Origin: an uncultured bacterium
GTDB lineage: Bacteria; Zixibacteria; MSB-5A5; GN15; FEB-12
Assembly: GCA_965372795.1 (NCBI GenBank)
Contig: CBDVDR010000008.1
Span: forward strand, 1 to 64,000
Length of the DNA: 64,000 bases
Direction of reading: 5' to 3'
Shown one piece after another: positions 39,023 to 50,195 of the stretch. Numbering within the stretch: position 1 is the first letter of the stretch; each line of letters starts with the position of its first letter. The position numbers were made by a program, and so were the translations under genes. Below the pieces are notes generated by a model. That model was not told the origin of the DNA. It did not search any database and saw nothing but the letters and a program-made list of their open reading frames with translations.

Positions 39023-41155
39023 TTAAAGTTCTTTTAACTGAATTTTGAACTCTTCCAAATTTGTAACGGGTAAATTACAGACTGAATTTCGACAAACATA
39101 AACTTTTACCGACCCATCAGTTGATTTTCTACCTTCCAGTAATGGCAGCGATAATTTATTATTCCCATTATCAACTGCGATAATTTTATTTGGTATAAAC
39201 TTTGAATATAATTCCTTAATAATTTCATCCCGACTACTGTTATCTCCAACAATAACGATTTCAATTTTATCGTTAAAATAATAATCAACTGCAAACAAGG
39301 CCGAAGTCATTCGATTCGGTGAACGTTGAATTTGACCGGAAATTGCGTCGAGGGCTCCTTTGGCAATTTCCAGATATTTTGCATCATCAGTCAATCGGTT
39401 AATTTTTAAAAGATTCGCTATCATGTACGATCCGGGTGATGGAATGGCGCCATCGGATTCTTCTTTTGGTCGATAGATTAAATCAGTCTGTCCATCAGGA
39501 CGAAGATAAAATATATATTTTTCATCAATAAACAGTTCCGTCGCAGTCTCAGTTAGCTCCATAGCAAAATTCAACCATTTATGATTATTTTCCTGATCAC
39601 TTTCAAAAAGATTCAATAATCCACTGATATAAAAAGCATAGTCCTCAAGAAATTGTTCTTTGGTATGTTTTCCTTCTCGGTAAGCATGAGTCAGTTTTCC
39701 ATCATCATACAATTCATCTTTTACAAAGTTGGCATTTGCAATTGCAGCCTCGAGATATTTTTTATCGCCGGTAATCTGATACCCCTTACAAAAAGCGGTA
39801 AGTGCTAAACCGTTCCACGAAGTCAATTGCTTATCATCGGTCAGGGGCCGAACTCTTTTTGATCGGGCTTCAAATAGTATATCACTTCCCTTTTGAATAA
39901 ATTCATCAAAATTATCAATCTGGTTATCGTTTTTAAATCTGATAGATTCTAAGGAAAGGTTGAGAATATTTTTGCCCTCAAAATTTCCACCCGGTGTAAT
40001 ATTATAATATTTTGCAAAGGGTTCAAATATTTCTTCACCCAGTAAATCCTTCATCTCGTTATAAGTCCAGACATAAAATTTACCTTCTTCCCCTTCACTG
40101 TCAGCATCAAGGGCGCTGTAAAAACCGCCGGTCTTGTCAGTCATCTCTCTTAAGATAAAATCAAGAGTTTCAGTTACAACATTTAGATACACTTCGTTTC
40201 CGGTAATTTGATAGGCTTCGACATATACCGGTACAAGCAAGGCGTTATCGTAAAGCATCTTCTCAAAATGAGGAACCAGCCATTTTACATCGGTTGCATA
40301 GCGAGCAAAGCCGCCGCCGATTTGATCATAGATTCCCCCGAATGCCATCTCTTTTAAAGATTTTTCAGCAGCCTGAAGATATGTCAAGTCACCGCTGGAG
40401 CGATAATAGCGAAGGAAAAGAGACAGTTCCAAAGAATGTGGAAATTTCGGTGCCTGCCCAAACCCGCCGTCAATGTGATCGAAATTATTCATGAGAACTT
40501 CCGCACCCCGTTTTATCATACCTTTGGAAAGCATCGTTGTTCCGGTTGGCGCCAGGATTCTACTTGAAACTTGTTTGAAAATATCATTTGAGGATTTTAT
40601 AATCTGATCTTTACTTTCTTTATAAGCCAGACCAATTTCAGTTATCAATCTTTTAAAGCCCGGTCGACCATAGCGATCATCTGGCGGGAAATAGGTTCCG
40701 GCAAAAAACGGTTTAAGGTCAGGAGTAAGGAAAACTGACATCGGCCATCCACCGTGCCCGGTCATGGCTGTTGTAAATGACATATATATTTCATCAAGAT
40801 CAGGCCTCTGCTCTCGATCAACTTTGATTGAAATAAAATTAGCATTAAGCAAGGCGGCTATTTCTTCGTTTTCAAATGACTCTCGCTCCATGACATGACA
40901 CCAATGACAGGCAGCATAACCGATAGAAAGAAAAATCGGTTTATCTTCATTTTTCGCCCGATCAAGTGCGTCTTCACCCCACGGATACCAATCGACCGGA
41001 TTATGTGCATGAGAAAGCAGATAAGGTGAGTTTTCATTTATTAGATGATTAGTATGTTCATAAATATCGTTTGATTCCATTTCATTTCCTTTATCTTTAC
41101 CGCAGGCAATTGAGTTTAATAATATTAATGCGGCATAAATATATAATCTTTTCAT
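39023..41155 (-). CDS. YyaL/SSP411 thioredoxin-domain protein (DUF255)
   Basis: [38 protein letters not shown]. Confidence 0.95.
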   Translation of the reverse strand: MKRLYIYAALILLNSIACGKDKGNEMESNDIYEHTNHLINENSPYLLSHAHNPVDWYPWGEDALDRAKNEDKPIFLSIGYAACHWCHVMERESFENEEIAALLNANFISIKVDREQRPDLDEIYMSFTTAMTGHGGWPMSVFLTPDLKPFFAGTYFPPDDRYGRPGFKRLITEIGLAYKESKDQIIKSSNDIFKQVSSRILAPTGTTMLSKGMIKRGAEVLMNNFDHIDGGFGQAPKFPHSLELSLFLRYYRSSGDLTYLQAAEKSLKEMAFGGIYDQIGGGFARYATDVKWLVPHFEKMLYDNALLVPVYVEAYQITGNEVYLNVVTETLDFILREMTDKTGGFYSALDADSEGEEGKFYVWTYNEMKDLLGEEIFEPFAKYYNITPGGNFEGKNILNLSLESIRFKNDNQIDNFDEFIQKGSDILFEARSKRVRPLTDDKQLTSWNGLALTAFCKGYQITGDKKYLEAAIANANFVKDELYDDGKLTHAYREGKHTKEQFLEDYAFYISGLLNLFESDQENNHKWLNFAMELTETATELFIDEKYIFYLRPDGQTDLIYRPKEESDGAIPSPGSYMIANLLKINRLTDDAKYLEIAKGALDAISGQIQRSPNRMTSALFAVDYYFNDKIEIVIVGDNSSRDEIIKELYSKFIPNKIIAVDNGNNKLSLPLLEGRKSTDGSVKVYVCRNSVCNLPVTNLEEFKIQLKEL

Positions 41156-41336
41156 AATAAACCTTTAACTGTAAACTAAAAATCTTGTCTATCATAACCA
41201 CGTACAAAACCAAAAGGTCCGCAATAAATTATAATAATAATCAATATTGGAGAAAAACAGTCAATTTTAGGTTGAAATTAAATGGTTACAGAAACGATTT
41301 TAAAAAAGTCTTGTGGGATACTCAGGGAAAACTGTT

Positions 41337-42797
41337 TTATTTAATATTAACTAAGCTGTTTAAGAAGCCTGAAAATTTGATTCGAATAAATGGTAAGCTT
41401 TGGTTTTCATCTTCGATATGGGAAAAGTTTGAAATATGTTCAAGCCCGGTTTCAACATCACAGTAAAAATGATCGGCAATAAATCCTTTGACGCCTACTG
41501 AAACATTGAATCTTTTTTCAACCTGACCCGTTGGAAACGGTTCCTGATAATCACCGTCAATATCCATCCAGGGTTCGCTCCACTCAGCCGTTACTCTGCC
41601 TTCCCCCTGACGGTGATACGATAACAATAAGATGCCTTCAAAGCTTTTCGTGAACCATCGCATAACTTTAAGACTATAGCGGTCGTAATCATTGCCCAGC
41701 GCTCCGCCAATCAAATTACCATCGTTTAAATAACGATTACGATCCAAAACCTGATTAAAAGTCCAGTTGTTCACCCGCGAATATTCAGCTTTGATATCTA
41801 CCAAATCAAGAACATCAACGAAGTAGGCTCCGGCAAGATATCCGATTTCATTCGGTTCCTGATCGCTTTGGATCTCGTTGTCAATTTGGAAATCGTCAAT
41901 AAGCAATTGTCCGTAAAATTTTATACCGGCTTGAGGTTTATAAGAAAAATCAAATCCAAGAAAAGTATTATCATTTCGATTTTTATTCAGTTGATTGGAG
42001 TGGTACATCATTATGGGGTTGAGATAATAAAATTCTACATTTCTCCCAATCCCTCCGAAAACAACGGTTTCAAATATCCCTAAACGAAAATTATCTGAAA
42101 AATCAATATCAAGCCTGTGCCCGGCGAAGTATCTGTCTTCATTTTCCAAATTTGAATTATGCAATACTTTCGTTCGATCAAGTTGTGCCAAACGATATGA
42201 AAAAGTCAGTCGCCCATATTTCCAATTATACTCAAGCCCGTCCATCGTAGTTGAAGGTGCTAATAATAATGAGTTGCGTTCTCCCCAGAAAGATGCAAAC
42301 CGACCGAGCATAATTCTAAAATTATTCAATTTAAAAACGGCAATGCTGTTTTCCACTTTGCCGGCGAAACCGCGCCATTTTTTTCCGGTGTAATTTGGAT
42401 CTTTCGCCTTTTTTTCATCGAGAACAAAATTACTAAAGAAAAACAAATTCTTTGAAGGAGAAAAAGATAAACCTCCTCGAATATTTTCAATACCGTTCCC
42501 ACGAGATAATTTAACCGACCTGAAATCCTCGGATAATATTGCAAAAAGATTTATGCTCTCACTTTTCGGTTTAAAATATTCTTCAAAGGGCGAGATTGAA
42601 AAATCTTCGCGGTCTAAAGTATAAGGACCAAGTTGAAAATCATATTTATCAAGCGACAATGCATCAAGTCGTTCAAAACGATCATAGAGAAAATCAAACT
42701 CACTAATGCCTGCCGGTAGTACAGCTGCTTGAACAGCACCGATTAATATAATAGATAGAACTAAAAAATAGAGTAGTTTATAAATTGAGAAGCGCAT
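41337..42797 (-). CDS. Capsule assembly Wzi family outer-membrane protein
   Basis: AGHRL, FETVVFGG, YLNP, YGQLLIDD; located in the EPS locus. Confidence 0.75.
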   Translation of the reverse strand: MRFSIYKLLYFLVLSIILIGAVQAAVLPAGISEFDFLYDRFERLDALSLDKYDFQLGPYTLDREDFSISPFEEYFKPKSESINLFAILSEDFRSVKLSRGNGIENIRGGLSFSPSKNLFFFSNFVLDEKKAKDPNYTGKKWRGFAGKVENSIAVFKLNNFRIMLGRFASFWGERNSLLLAPSTTMDGLEYNWKYGRLTFSYRLAQLDRTKVLHNSNLENEDRYFAGHRLDIDFSDNFRLGIFETVVFGGIGRNVEFYYLNPIMMYHSNQLNKNRNDNTFLGFDFSYKPQAGIKFYGQLLIDDFQIDNEIQSDQEPNEIGYLAGAYFVDVLDLVDIKAEYSRVNNWTFNQVLDRNRYLNDGNLIGGALGNDYDRYSLKVMRWFTKSFEGILLLSYHRQGEGRVTAEWSEPWMDIDGDYQEPFPTGQVEKRFNVSVGVKGFIADHFYCDVETGLEHISNFSHIEDENQSLPFIRIKFSGFLNSLVNIK

Positions 42798-42821
42798 AAG
42801 ATTCGCTGATAAGTAGGGATG

Positions 42822-44222
42822 CTACGATGCTCCCTGTCCCTTCATAACTGCCGGGATTGTTTTTAAAATAAGTTTTGTATCCAGCCACAATGACCAATTA
42901 TCTATATACTGAAGATCAAGTCTCATCCAATCGTCAAAATCAATCGCATTACGTCCGTTGACCTGCCAGATACATGTTACCCCCGGTTTCACCGATAATT
43001 TACGATGTTGCCAGGGTTCATATTGTTCAACCTCTTTCGGTAATGGCGGACGGGGTCCGACCAACGACATATCGCCCTGAAGGATATTAAAAAATTGCGG
43101 GAGTTCATCAATTGAGTATTTTCTTAACAATCGTCCCACTCTTGTAACCCGGGGATCATCTTTAATCTTAAAGACCGGACCTGACATCTCATTCAAGTCA
43201 GCCAGATTATCCTTTTTCTCCTCAGCGTCACTGCACATAGTACGAAATTTATATAATTCAAACCTTCTGCCATTTAATCCGCTTCGAACCTGCTTGAAAA
43301 AAATCGGTCCTTTACTGTCAAGTTTGATAGCTATTATAGAAGCTAAAATAACCGGAGAAGCTATAAGTAACCCAGCCATAGCACCAATTTTATCCATCAC
43401 ATTTTTCAATAACAATGGCAATCTCGCCAGAGGAACGGCTGTATATACAATCGCCGGATATCCATTTAAAAATGCCGGGTTTGGACGGGTCAGTTTAGAT
43501 TCATACAAGTTAGGCATGAAGCAAACCGGAACACCCATTTTTTCTGAAACCTCAAATAGTGATTGAGTATATTGTAAATCTTTAGGTTCGGTCGCAATGA
43601 TTATGGAATTAATGTGACAAACTGCGGCAATGCGTTCAAAATCATCAGGATGACCGATCAGAGGCACATCCCGAAAACGCCACAGTCCTGTTTTTTTATA
43701 ATCTATAAATCCGATTAATAAAGAATCAAGTTCAGGAGAATCAAGAATTAATGATGCAACTTCTTTTGCTCTTTTTCCTGTCCCAACTATTATTACTTGT
43801 TTTGTAAAATTGTGACTCCGGGAGTCTTTTGTTTTTGACAACAATTTAATAACAAGGTTATTTAAAATAGTCATCGTGAATTGTAATAGACCATTACATA
43901 AAACAAACAAACCAATACTTATTCTTGATACCGGCCAATCCAATAAATAACAAGCCGATAAGAAAAGCAGACTGATAAGAGATTCATCTATAAAAACATT
44001 TTTTACTTTTTGATGATTTAAATAAGCTTTAAGGACCGGCATCGGCGGTCTATAAAGTCGGTAGCCAAGCCGAATTACAAACAAAGCTGCCAGCATTTCA
44101 AAAATAAAATCATTTGTTTGATTAGTCAGTAATACCGCACCCCACAAAGTCAAAAGCGATACAAAAGTCGCTCCGGCAGGTCCGGAAAATAACATAAATA
44201 TATTTTTTAAAATCTTATTCAA
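42822..44222 (-). CDS. Polyprenyl-phosphate sugar phosphotransferase (WcaJ/WbaP family)
   Basis: KFRTM, DPRVTRVG..LRKYSIDELPQ, GDMSLVGPRP, KPGVTCIWQV. Confidence 0.95.
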   Translation of the reverse strand: MNKILKNIFMLFSGPAGATFVSLLTLWGAVLLTNQTNDFIFEMLAALFVIRLGYRLYRPPMPVLKAYLNHQKVKNVFIDESLISLLFLSACYLLDWPVSRISIGLFVLCNGLLQFTMTILNNLVIKLLSKTKDSRSHNFTKQVIIVGTGKRAKEVASLILDSPELDSLLIGFIDYKKTGLWRFRDVPLIGHPDDFERIAAVCHINSIIIATEPKDLQYTQSLFEVSEKMGVPVCFMPNLYESKLTRPNPAFLNGYPAIVYTAVPLARLPLLLKNVMDKIGAMAGLLIASPVILASIIAIKLDSKGPIFFKQVRSGLNGRRFELYKFRTMCSDAEEKKDNLADLNEMSGPVFKIKDDPRVTRVGRLLRKYSIDELPQFFNILQGDMSLVGPRPPLPKEVEQYEPWQHRKLSVKPGVTCIWQVNGRNAIDFDDWMRLDLQYIDNWSLWLDTKLILKTIPAVMKGQGAS

Positions 44223-44434
44223 AACCTTAATCGTTCCTTAGCAAATTATGTCAACAGAATAGTTAAATTTATAACCAAAATGCCTCGTTTGTCAACAAAC
44301 ATGATGGTTTTTAACCATTTATAACAAAATATCAATACTTTTTATAATACAGGACATAAATTGTGCTGAATAATTTTAGATTTTTCCTTAATTTTGATAT
44401 ATTCTGATTCAGTTTGTAATTGAACCAAGGATGT

Positions 44435-45454
44435 TTATTCTTGTTTGATAGTTGCTGTTATCCTTGAATGAGTATCCTGTTTTTCTTCTGAAGGTCTTCT
44501 TATAGTTGTTTTAAGGATATTTTTTGCCGTCAGCTGATAATATTCACTCGGCATCTTTTGAAAAGCCTCAATCAGTTTATCATTAGTTAACACTGATTGA
44601 ATTTGATAACGCATGTAATTTTTCATTAAAGGATAACCATCAAGGTTCTCAATCGCAATTTTATGTCGGGCGATATGATTTCCCACCCTGGCAGTATCTT
44701 TCACTTTTATCAGCAGATAGTCGCCAGCCACTATTCGAGATCTTACACCAATTCTGTTTAATTGGGTTGCAAGACGCAATGATTCTTCGTGTATCTCGTC
44801 CAACCGCATTTTAGTGGCTTGATCGTTAAGTATAATCGTCATTATTGATTTTCTTAAAATTGTCGAAAATGGTTTCTGAGGAATAAGTTCTTTCAGTCTG
44901 CTTATAGTACGTGATGAAGAAACAGCATAACCTGCTTCAAAAGAATTCAATCCAAATGTAGCTGTAAAAGACCGCAATACAATCACATTATCAAACTTAT
45001 CCAGTAGCATTCTTCCGGTTATTCCAAAAAAATCATAATAATATTCATCAATAATTAAATTTCCTTCCGGGATAGCATTATGAATATTTTCAAGCTCTGC
45101 AAGAGAAAAGTTTGCACCGGTTAATCTGTTTGGATTGGCAATATAGACTATATCCTTCGGTGATTGAATAGCATCAATAATATTTGAAATATCACTTGAA
45201 AATGGCGTTTTACCAAATATTTCTTCGAGTTCCATATCCGCCCGATCAGCTGCAATAGCTATCTCAGGCAAAACCTGTCCGCACGCTATAATTTTATTCC
45301 TGATTGTATCACTGTATTTGAAAAGTTCCGTTAGAAAATTGGTAAAGTCCTGATATGGACTGATCATATTTCTATTCACTTTGATGCGCGCTGCGATCAA
45401 AGAAAGAATATCATCTAAATCTAGTTTAGTTGCAGCTTCTATCATGTTATTCAT
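44435..45454 (-). CDS. HisC-like aminotransferase class I/II fold protein, apparently lacking the PLP lysine
   Basis: IANPNRLTG, IDEYY, and VLRSFTATFGL where HisC has RTFSKAxGL. Confidence 0.65.
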   Translation of the reverse strand: MNNMIEAATKLDLDDILSLIAARIKVNRNMISPYQDFTNFLTELFKYSDTIRNKIIACGQVLPEIAIAADRADMELEEIFGKTPFSSDISNIIDAIQSPKDIVYIANPNRLTGANFSLAELENIHNAIPEGNLIIDEYYYDFFGITGRMLLDKFDNVIVLRSFTATFGLNSFEAGYAVSSSRTISRLKELIPQKPFSTILRKSIMTIILNDQATKMRLDEIHEESLRLATQLNRIGVRSRIVAGDYLLIKVKDTARVGNHIARHKIAIENLDGYPLMKNYMRYQIQSVLTNDKLIEAFQKMPSEYYQLTAKNILKTTIRRPSEEKQDTHSRITATIKQE

Positions 45455-45491
45455 TTCCTTATGATATTATAATTCCTTTGAATAATATTAT

Positions 45492-45508
45492 CGCAAGGCT
45501 GATGCCAA
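45492..45508 (-). promoter_or_regulatory. Putative sigma54 -24/-12 promoter
   Basis: TTGGCATCAGCCTTGCG (GG-N10-GC), about 40 bp upstream of the 45454 start. Confidence 0.6.
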
Positions 45509-45712
45509 ACAGTAGAATGCGACAAATAGATGTTATCTAATTAAACAACAACAGATTACAACCAACCCTGAAATTGTCTTTTTAATTTTATATTTCAAGA
45601 CATGGTATTTTTTTCCATGATGTGATTGAAAATATTTCCAAAAAAATTCGCCGAAGAAATGCGCTTTCTCCGACGAATATTAGGAAGGTAAACCAAAAAA
45701 TGGAACGAAAAT

Positions 45713-48079
45713 TTATAATTTACTAACTATATAAATAGTTGTCAAAATTCCTGTTGTAGCTGAAAGCACTTCGGTAAATGCTTTAAGGAAATTTCTCTCT
45801 CTTTCAATTTTAGAAGGCACAAAGATAACGTCACCAATGAGAACTTTTTGTCCGAGAGATTTCTTCCCAGAGATAATTTCCCCGTTAGCCCTAATTAGCT
45901 TAGTTTCATTTTTATCAGAACGGCGGGTAAAATTACCGGCACGCTTTATATAATCTTTAACTTTCAATCCTTGATTGAATTTGATAGTCCCATTGGCGCC
46001 AACAGCACCCATAACTGTTACCCCGGAAGGGATTGAAGGGACATATACCTGATCTCCAGGCTCTAAGATGATATCGCCTTGCTTGCCTTCTGAATCTAAC
46101 AGTTTTTCCATATCAATAATAATACGATTAACAGATTTCAGATCGAATTCAAAGACATTTGAACGAACCAGATTCCCGACAGAATCTTCCACCAAAGGCT
46201 GTGTTTTTTCAATCAGACCTCGGATATGAATTCTCTGCATATTTTCACCGATTGATTCACGTTCAAGAACCAATCCGGTTGGAAAAGCGGTGCGAGTAAA
46301 CCCTCCGGTTCTTTTTATAATCTGATAAAGTGTTTCATCACGGCTTGATAACATATATTGACCCGGATAACGAACTTCCCCTTCAATCGCAACAACCGGA
46401 TTAAACTGCCACTCTGGAATATGACGGACATAAAGATGATCATCTTCTTCCAAAATTATTTTTTTTACAGAATCACTAGCTAATGATATATACATCAAAG
46501 ACACTTCACCGCTTGAATCCAAGCGAGCCAGCTCGGCTTCGTGACGGGAAGCTTCCCGATTATATGAACCGGCAAGAAAGATTAAATCGGCCACTGTCAT
46601 ATTATTATAGAGACGGTATTGCCCCGGCTCTTTTATAGCTCCTTCAATAAACACCCATTTATCCCAGCTGATCTCTTCGATTGAATGAATATGGATCGAA
46701 TCAAGATCCATAAGCAGCAAGTCAGCTTCGGGATTGCCGTCAATTATTTCGCGGAGATTTATGGCAATTACTTCGGTGCTCCAATCTTCATAACGTCTGA
46801 ATAAATCTGCTCTCTCGAGGTAGACATCATAGGTTTGAAGATGTGATTGGAGAAGAAGATCCGATATTTTAGTCGAGTCGTTGCGTTCATAGTAGCCCGG
46901 ATGTTGTACTTGTCCAAATATCCCGACTTTACTTTTCTCAAAATCAAATATTCCATTAACCGTAATTCTATCACCATCCTGAAGAACCAGCTTATCAACC
47001 GGTTTTGAACTGAGGGGATTAAGATTTAAATCCAGTACAACCCATTCTTTTTGATTGGAAATTCTTTCGAGCATAACCCGGTCAAGATAAGCAGTCGGAG
47101 TTGGATTTCCTGCCAGAGCAAGCAAATCATTGCCGGTTTCATTCCCTAATAATTCATAAATTGCCGGTCGATTAATCTCACCTCTGATAGCTACCCGGCT
47201 CCCTGCTACGGGTACAAAGATAACATCGCCCGATTCAAGTCGCAGATCATTAGTATTGTCACCTTTGAGGAGGAAATCATAAAGATCAACAGTTGCTCTC
47301 TTTTTGCCATTTCTCATCAATTTTATCTGTCTCATTGAGCCCAGGTTATTCGGACCGCTCGCAAAATATAAAGCATTATAGACTGATGATAATGAACTAA
47401 CTGTATATGCGCCGGGATATTTCACTTCGCCGCTGATAAAAATTCTTATGGAGCGGATTTTCCCAAGTGAAACTGTTATTTTAAAATCTGAGTAAGCACT
47501 CGATAATCTTTCCTTAGCTAATTCAGTGAATTTCTCTACTGTAAGTCCCCAGGCAACTATTTCTCCAACCTGTTGGATGAATATTTTACCTTCACGATCG
47601 AGAGTAAGATTTAACTGCTTATCGACTCGTCCCCAAAGATAAATGATTACATTATCACCCGGTCCAAGAATATAATCCGAGGCAGCAGCAATTTCTACAG
47701 GAGGTTCTAAATCACGGGGGTCATCAAAAATCTCTAAACCAAACGGCTTTAGATCTTCAAAAGGGATTAATTCCACTTTTTTTTGTAAAGTGCTATCCTG
47801 TTCAAGATCAATTAAGCTTTGATATTTTTGCTTTAAAGAGTCAGGAATTAGTGATTTTTTTTCAGTTTTAGTGGTTTTATCCTCCTGGTCGTATATAGGA
47901 GGAGTCTTGTATGAATTATCTAAGCTGTCATTATCTGCTTGTAATTGATACTGTTTTATGAGTTGTTCTTTTTCCTCGTCTGATAACTTGGACAGGTCTT
48001 GCGCCAGAACCACCTTAAACCAGTTAAGCGAAACAATAATTATTACAAATAAGATAAAGAATAAAATTCTTTTTAACAT
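45713..48079 (-). CDS. Polysaccharide export protein with multiple SLBB domains (Wza/KpsD-like)
   Basis: PFG...DYILGPGD, repeated GEV..PG.Y / L..GD units; probable start MLKRIL at 48079. Confidence 0.9.
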   Translation of the reverse strand: MLKRILFFILFVIIIVSLNWFKVVLAQDLSKLSDEEKEQLIKQYQLQADNDSLDNSYKTPPIYDQEDKTTKTEKKSLIPDSLKQKYQSLIDLEQDSTLQKKVELIPFEDLKPFGLEIFDDPRDLEPPVEIAAASDYILGPGDNVIIYLWGRVDKQLNLTLDREGKIFIQQVGEIVAWGLTVEKFTELAKERLSSAYSDFKITVSLGKIRSIRIFISGEVKYPGAYTVSSLSSVYNALYFASGPNNLGSMRQIKLMRNGKKRATVDLYDFLLKGDNTNDLRLESGDVIFVPVAGSRVAIRGEINRPAIYELLGNETGNDLLALAGNPTPTAYLDRVMLERISNQKEWVVLDLNLNPLSSKPVDKLVLQDGDRITVNGIFDFEKSKVGIFGQVQHPGYYERNDSTKISDLLLQSHLQTYDVYLERADLFRRYEDWSTEVIAINLREIIDGNPEADLLLMDLDSIHIHSIEEISWDKWVFIEGAIKEPGQYRLYNNMTVADLIFLAGSYNREASRHEAELARLDSSGEVSLMYISLASDSVKKIILEEDDHLYVRHIPEWQFNPVVAIEGEVRYPGQYMLSSRDETLYQIIKRTGGFTRTAFPTGLVLERESIGENMQRIHIRGLIEKTQPLVEDSVGNLVRSNVFEFDLKSVNRIIIDMEKLLDSEGKQGDIILEPGDQVYVPSIPSGVTVMGAVGANGTIKFNQGLKVKDYIKRAGNFTRRSDKNETKLIRANGEIISGKKSLGQKVLIGDVIFVPSKIERERNFLKAFTEVLSATTGILTTIYIVSKL

Positions 48080-48148
48080 CCTGTTACCTTCCTTAGCAAC
48101 GTGATCGCATCCTATGATCACACCGTTTCCATCACATTGCAATAGGGA

Positions 48149-48165
48149 AGCAAAGTCAGTGCCGA
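48149..48165 (-). promoter_or_regulatory. Putative sigma54 -24/-12 promoter
   Basis: TCGGCACTGACTTTGCT (GG-N10-GC), about 70 bp upstream of the 48079 start. Confidence 0.55.
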
Positions 48166-48689
48166 AATTTTTCATTTTACCGTAAGTGTTTGTTTCGCAT
48201 TGAAATACAATTTCCATTTGCTCAATGCGACCCGGTTCTTGGTTAAAAATAAGCGAAATAATGGAAACTGTTTCTATTTTGTGGAGAAAGATTTTCCTTG
48301 AAACAGTCTTTTCGCTTTGCTTGTAAAAAATCCATTTAATCTCCTTATAATGTCAATCAATTTATCAAATATTCAAGTCCTTATGCAAAATTAGTTAAAA
48401 AAATATTTCAAAATTTTACAGTCTTAAGGCTTGTACGTCATTATTCCTTAGTGCCTATTTAGGCTATTAAATTATGGTGTTAGAGGTCTAAAAACAGTGA
48501 CAAAATATAGGGTAACTCTTGACAATAGGTGAAGGTTGTAGTAATTTGACAGCTTCATTTGAAGGTACCGGGCTCTAAGTGTGTCTGGTAAAAAAAGTTA
48601 GTCGTTTTTTACTGATGAGGAAGTCGAACAAGGGCATCTGCATCATTTGGTCAAGACATGAAAATTAAATGTAATACTAATTTACGGAG

Positions 48690-50186
48690 ATGAGAATGAG
48701 GATTATAAGATTCTCGGTTTTTGTTATGCTTGTCGTAGCTTTACTCTCTCCAGTATTGCTGGCAAGCGGTTTTGAAAATTCCGGACTGGGTATGAAAGCC
48801 CGGGGAATGTCCGGTGCTTTTCGTGCGGTTGCAAGCGACTGGAGCGCAGCATATTACAACCCTGCAGGGTACGCCTTTATTAACGACAACCAACTGGGTG
48901 CTGATTTTGCTTTTATGCATTATCGAAATGAATTGACACCAAATTATGAGTGGCCGGGTGGATCCGAATGGGATCAGCCGGGAATTTATAACGGTGCCAA
49001 TATATATAATTTCCACGAAGTCTTATCAAATCCATCGATTGGATTTATCGCCCGACTTCCACTTTGGGGTGAGACTGTTTTTGGTTTGTCTGGTTATCAG
49101 CCGTTTGATAATAATATCTCATGGCAGCTTTATGATCATAATACTGCGTATAATGATTCTTTGATAAGCCCGGGCGAACAATATATCAACAATCTCGATG
49201 TTGTAGCTTTTCAGTTTACCGCAGCCAAAGAATTTATAGACAGTAAACTGTCAATTGGTATTGGACTTCAGCTTCTAAGAGCTGACTTACTATTCAAGGA
49301 TGTCATATTCCGTGACAACCCTTATTGGGATAATTTGCCTGCCCAGTACCAGACTCAATTGACCAGAAAGATTACTGAATTTTCAAGTATTGACGGTAAT
49401 GGCTGGGGTTTGGGATTCCGTGGCGGCGCATTGTATAAAGTTAATGAGAAAACTAATTTGGCTGTTACTTTTAATGTGCCATTAAGTATTACTGTTACCG
49501 GCGAATCAGTACTAAAATTCCACCTGCCGGATATCCCGTCATATCATGGTGACTCGGTTCAAATTACAAACCCGGGACAACCTGGTAATCTGTTTGTAGC
49601 CGGAGCAGAATTAATAGATTCAGCCGATTTTGAAACAACTTTGAATTTACCTGTTTCCTTCGGTTTTGGATTATCATACAAAGTTAATGATAAATTTACT
49701 TTATCTGCTGATGCTGAATACACAAACTGGAGTTCATTCGACGGTTTTGAGTTCGCATTCAGCAATCATAGAGGATTACCAACCTCGGCTGATACTTCTG
49801 CTATTGTCAGCAGTTTTGTAACAGCTGACTTGTCCAATCCGGTTGAATGGGATAATACAATAAAGCTAATGGCTGGAATTGATTATACTTTTGCTGATTA
49901 TTTAACGATAGTTGGTGGAACTGTTTTTGATCAATCACCTATTCGTGATATCAAACAGACTATTCCACAATTTGTTGATACCGGTAATAAGCTTGGAATT
50001 AGTGGAGGATTAATTTTCCACATACAGCAATGGGATCTTGGTCTTGTTACAGCTTATACAAAAGCTGATGATCTGACTGTTGACGGTCTGAATGATCTTG
50101 ACAACGACGGCAATTTTGACAGCTTTGCCGGAGACTATGTATCCAAAACCTATGAAACTGTACTGTCAATTAACTACCGGTTTTAG
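48690..50186 (+). CDS. FadL/OmpP1 family outer-membrane transporter
   Basis: ASGF...KARGMSGAF...AAYYNPAG; C-terminal YRF. Confidence 0.88.
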   Translation: MRMRIIRFSVFVMLVVALLSPVLLASGFENSGLGMKARGMSGAFRAVASDWSAAYYNPAGYAFINDNQLGADFAFMHYRNELTPNYEWPGGSEWDQPGIYNGANIYNFHEVLSNPSIGFIARLPLWGETVFGLSGYQPFDNNISWQLYDHNTAYNDSLISPGEQYINNLDVVAFQFTAAKEFIDSKLSIGIGLQLLRADLLFKDVIFRDNPYWDNLPAQYQTQLTRKITEFSSIDGNGWGLGFRGGALYKVNEKTNLAVTFNVPLSITVTGESVLKFHLPDIPSYHGDSVQITNPGQPGNLFVAGAELIDSADFETTLNLPVSFGFGLSYKVNDKFTLSADAEYTNWSSFDGFEFAFSNHRGLPTSADTSAIVSSFVTADLSNPVEWDNTIKLMAGIDYTFADYLTIVGGTVFDQSPIRDIKQTIPQFVDTGNKLGISGGLIFHIQQWDLGLVTAYTKADDLTVDGLNDLDNDGNFDSFAGDYVSKTYETVLSINYRF

Positions 50187-50195
50187 CGGAGGGAT

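Noticed and set aside
44229..44256. dif-like site (TTATGTCAAC)
   Set aside because: Only the XerD-like half is present; there is no XerC arm at 6-bp spacing.
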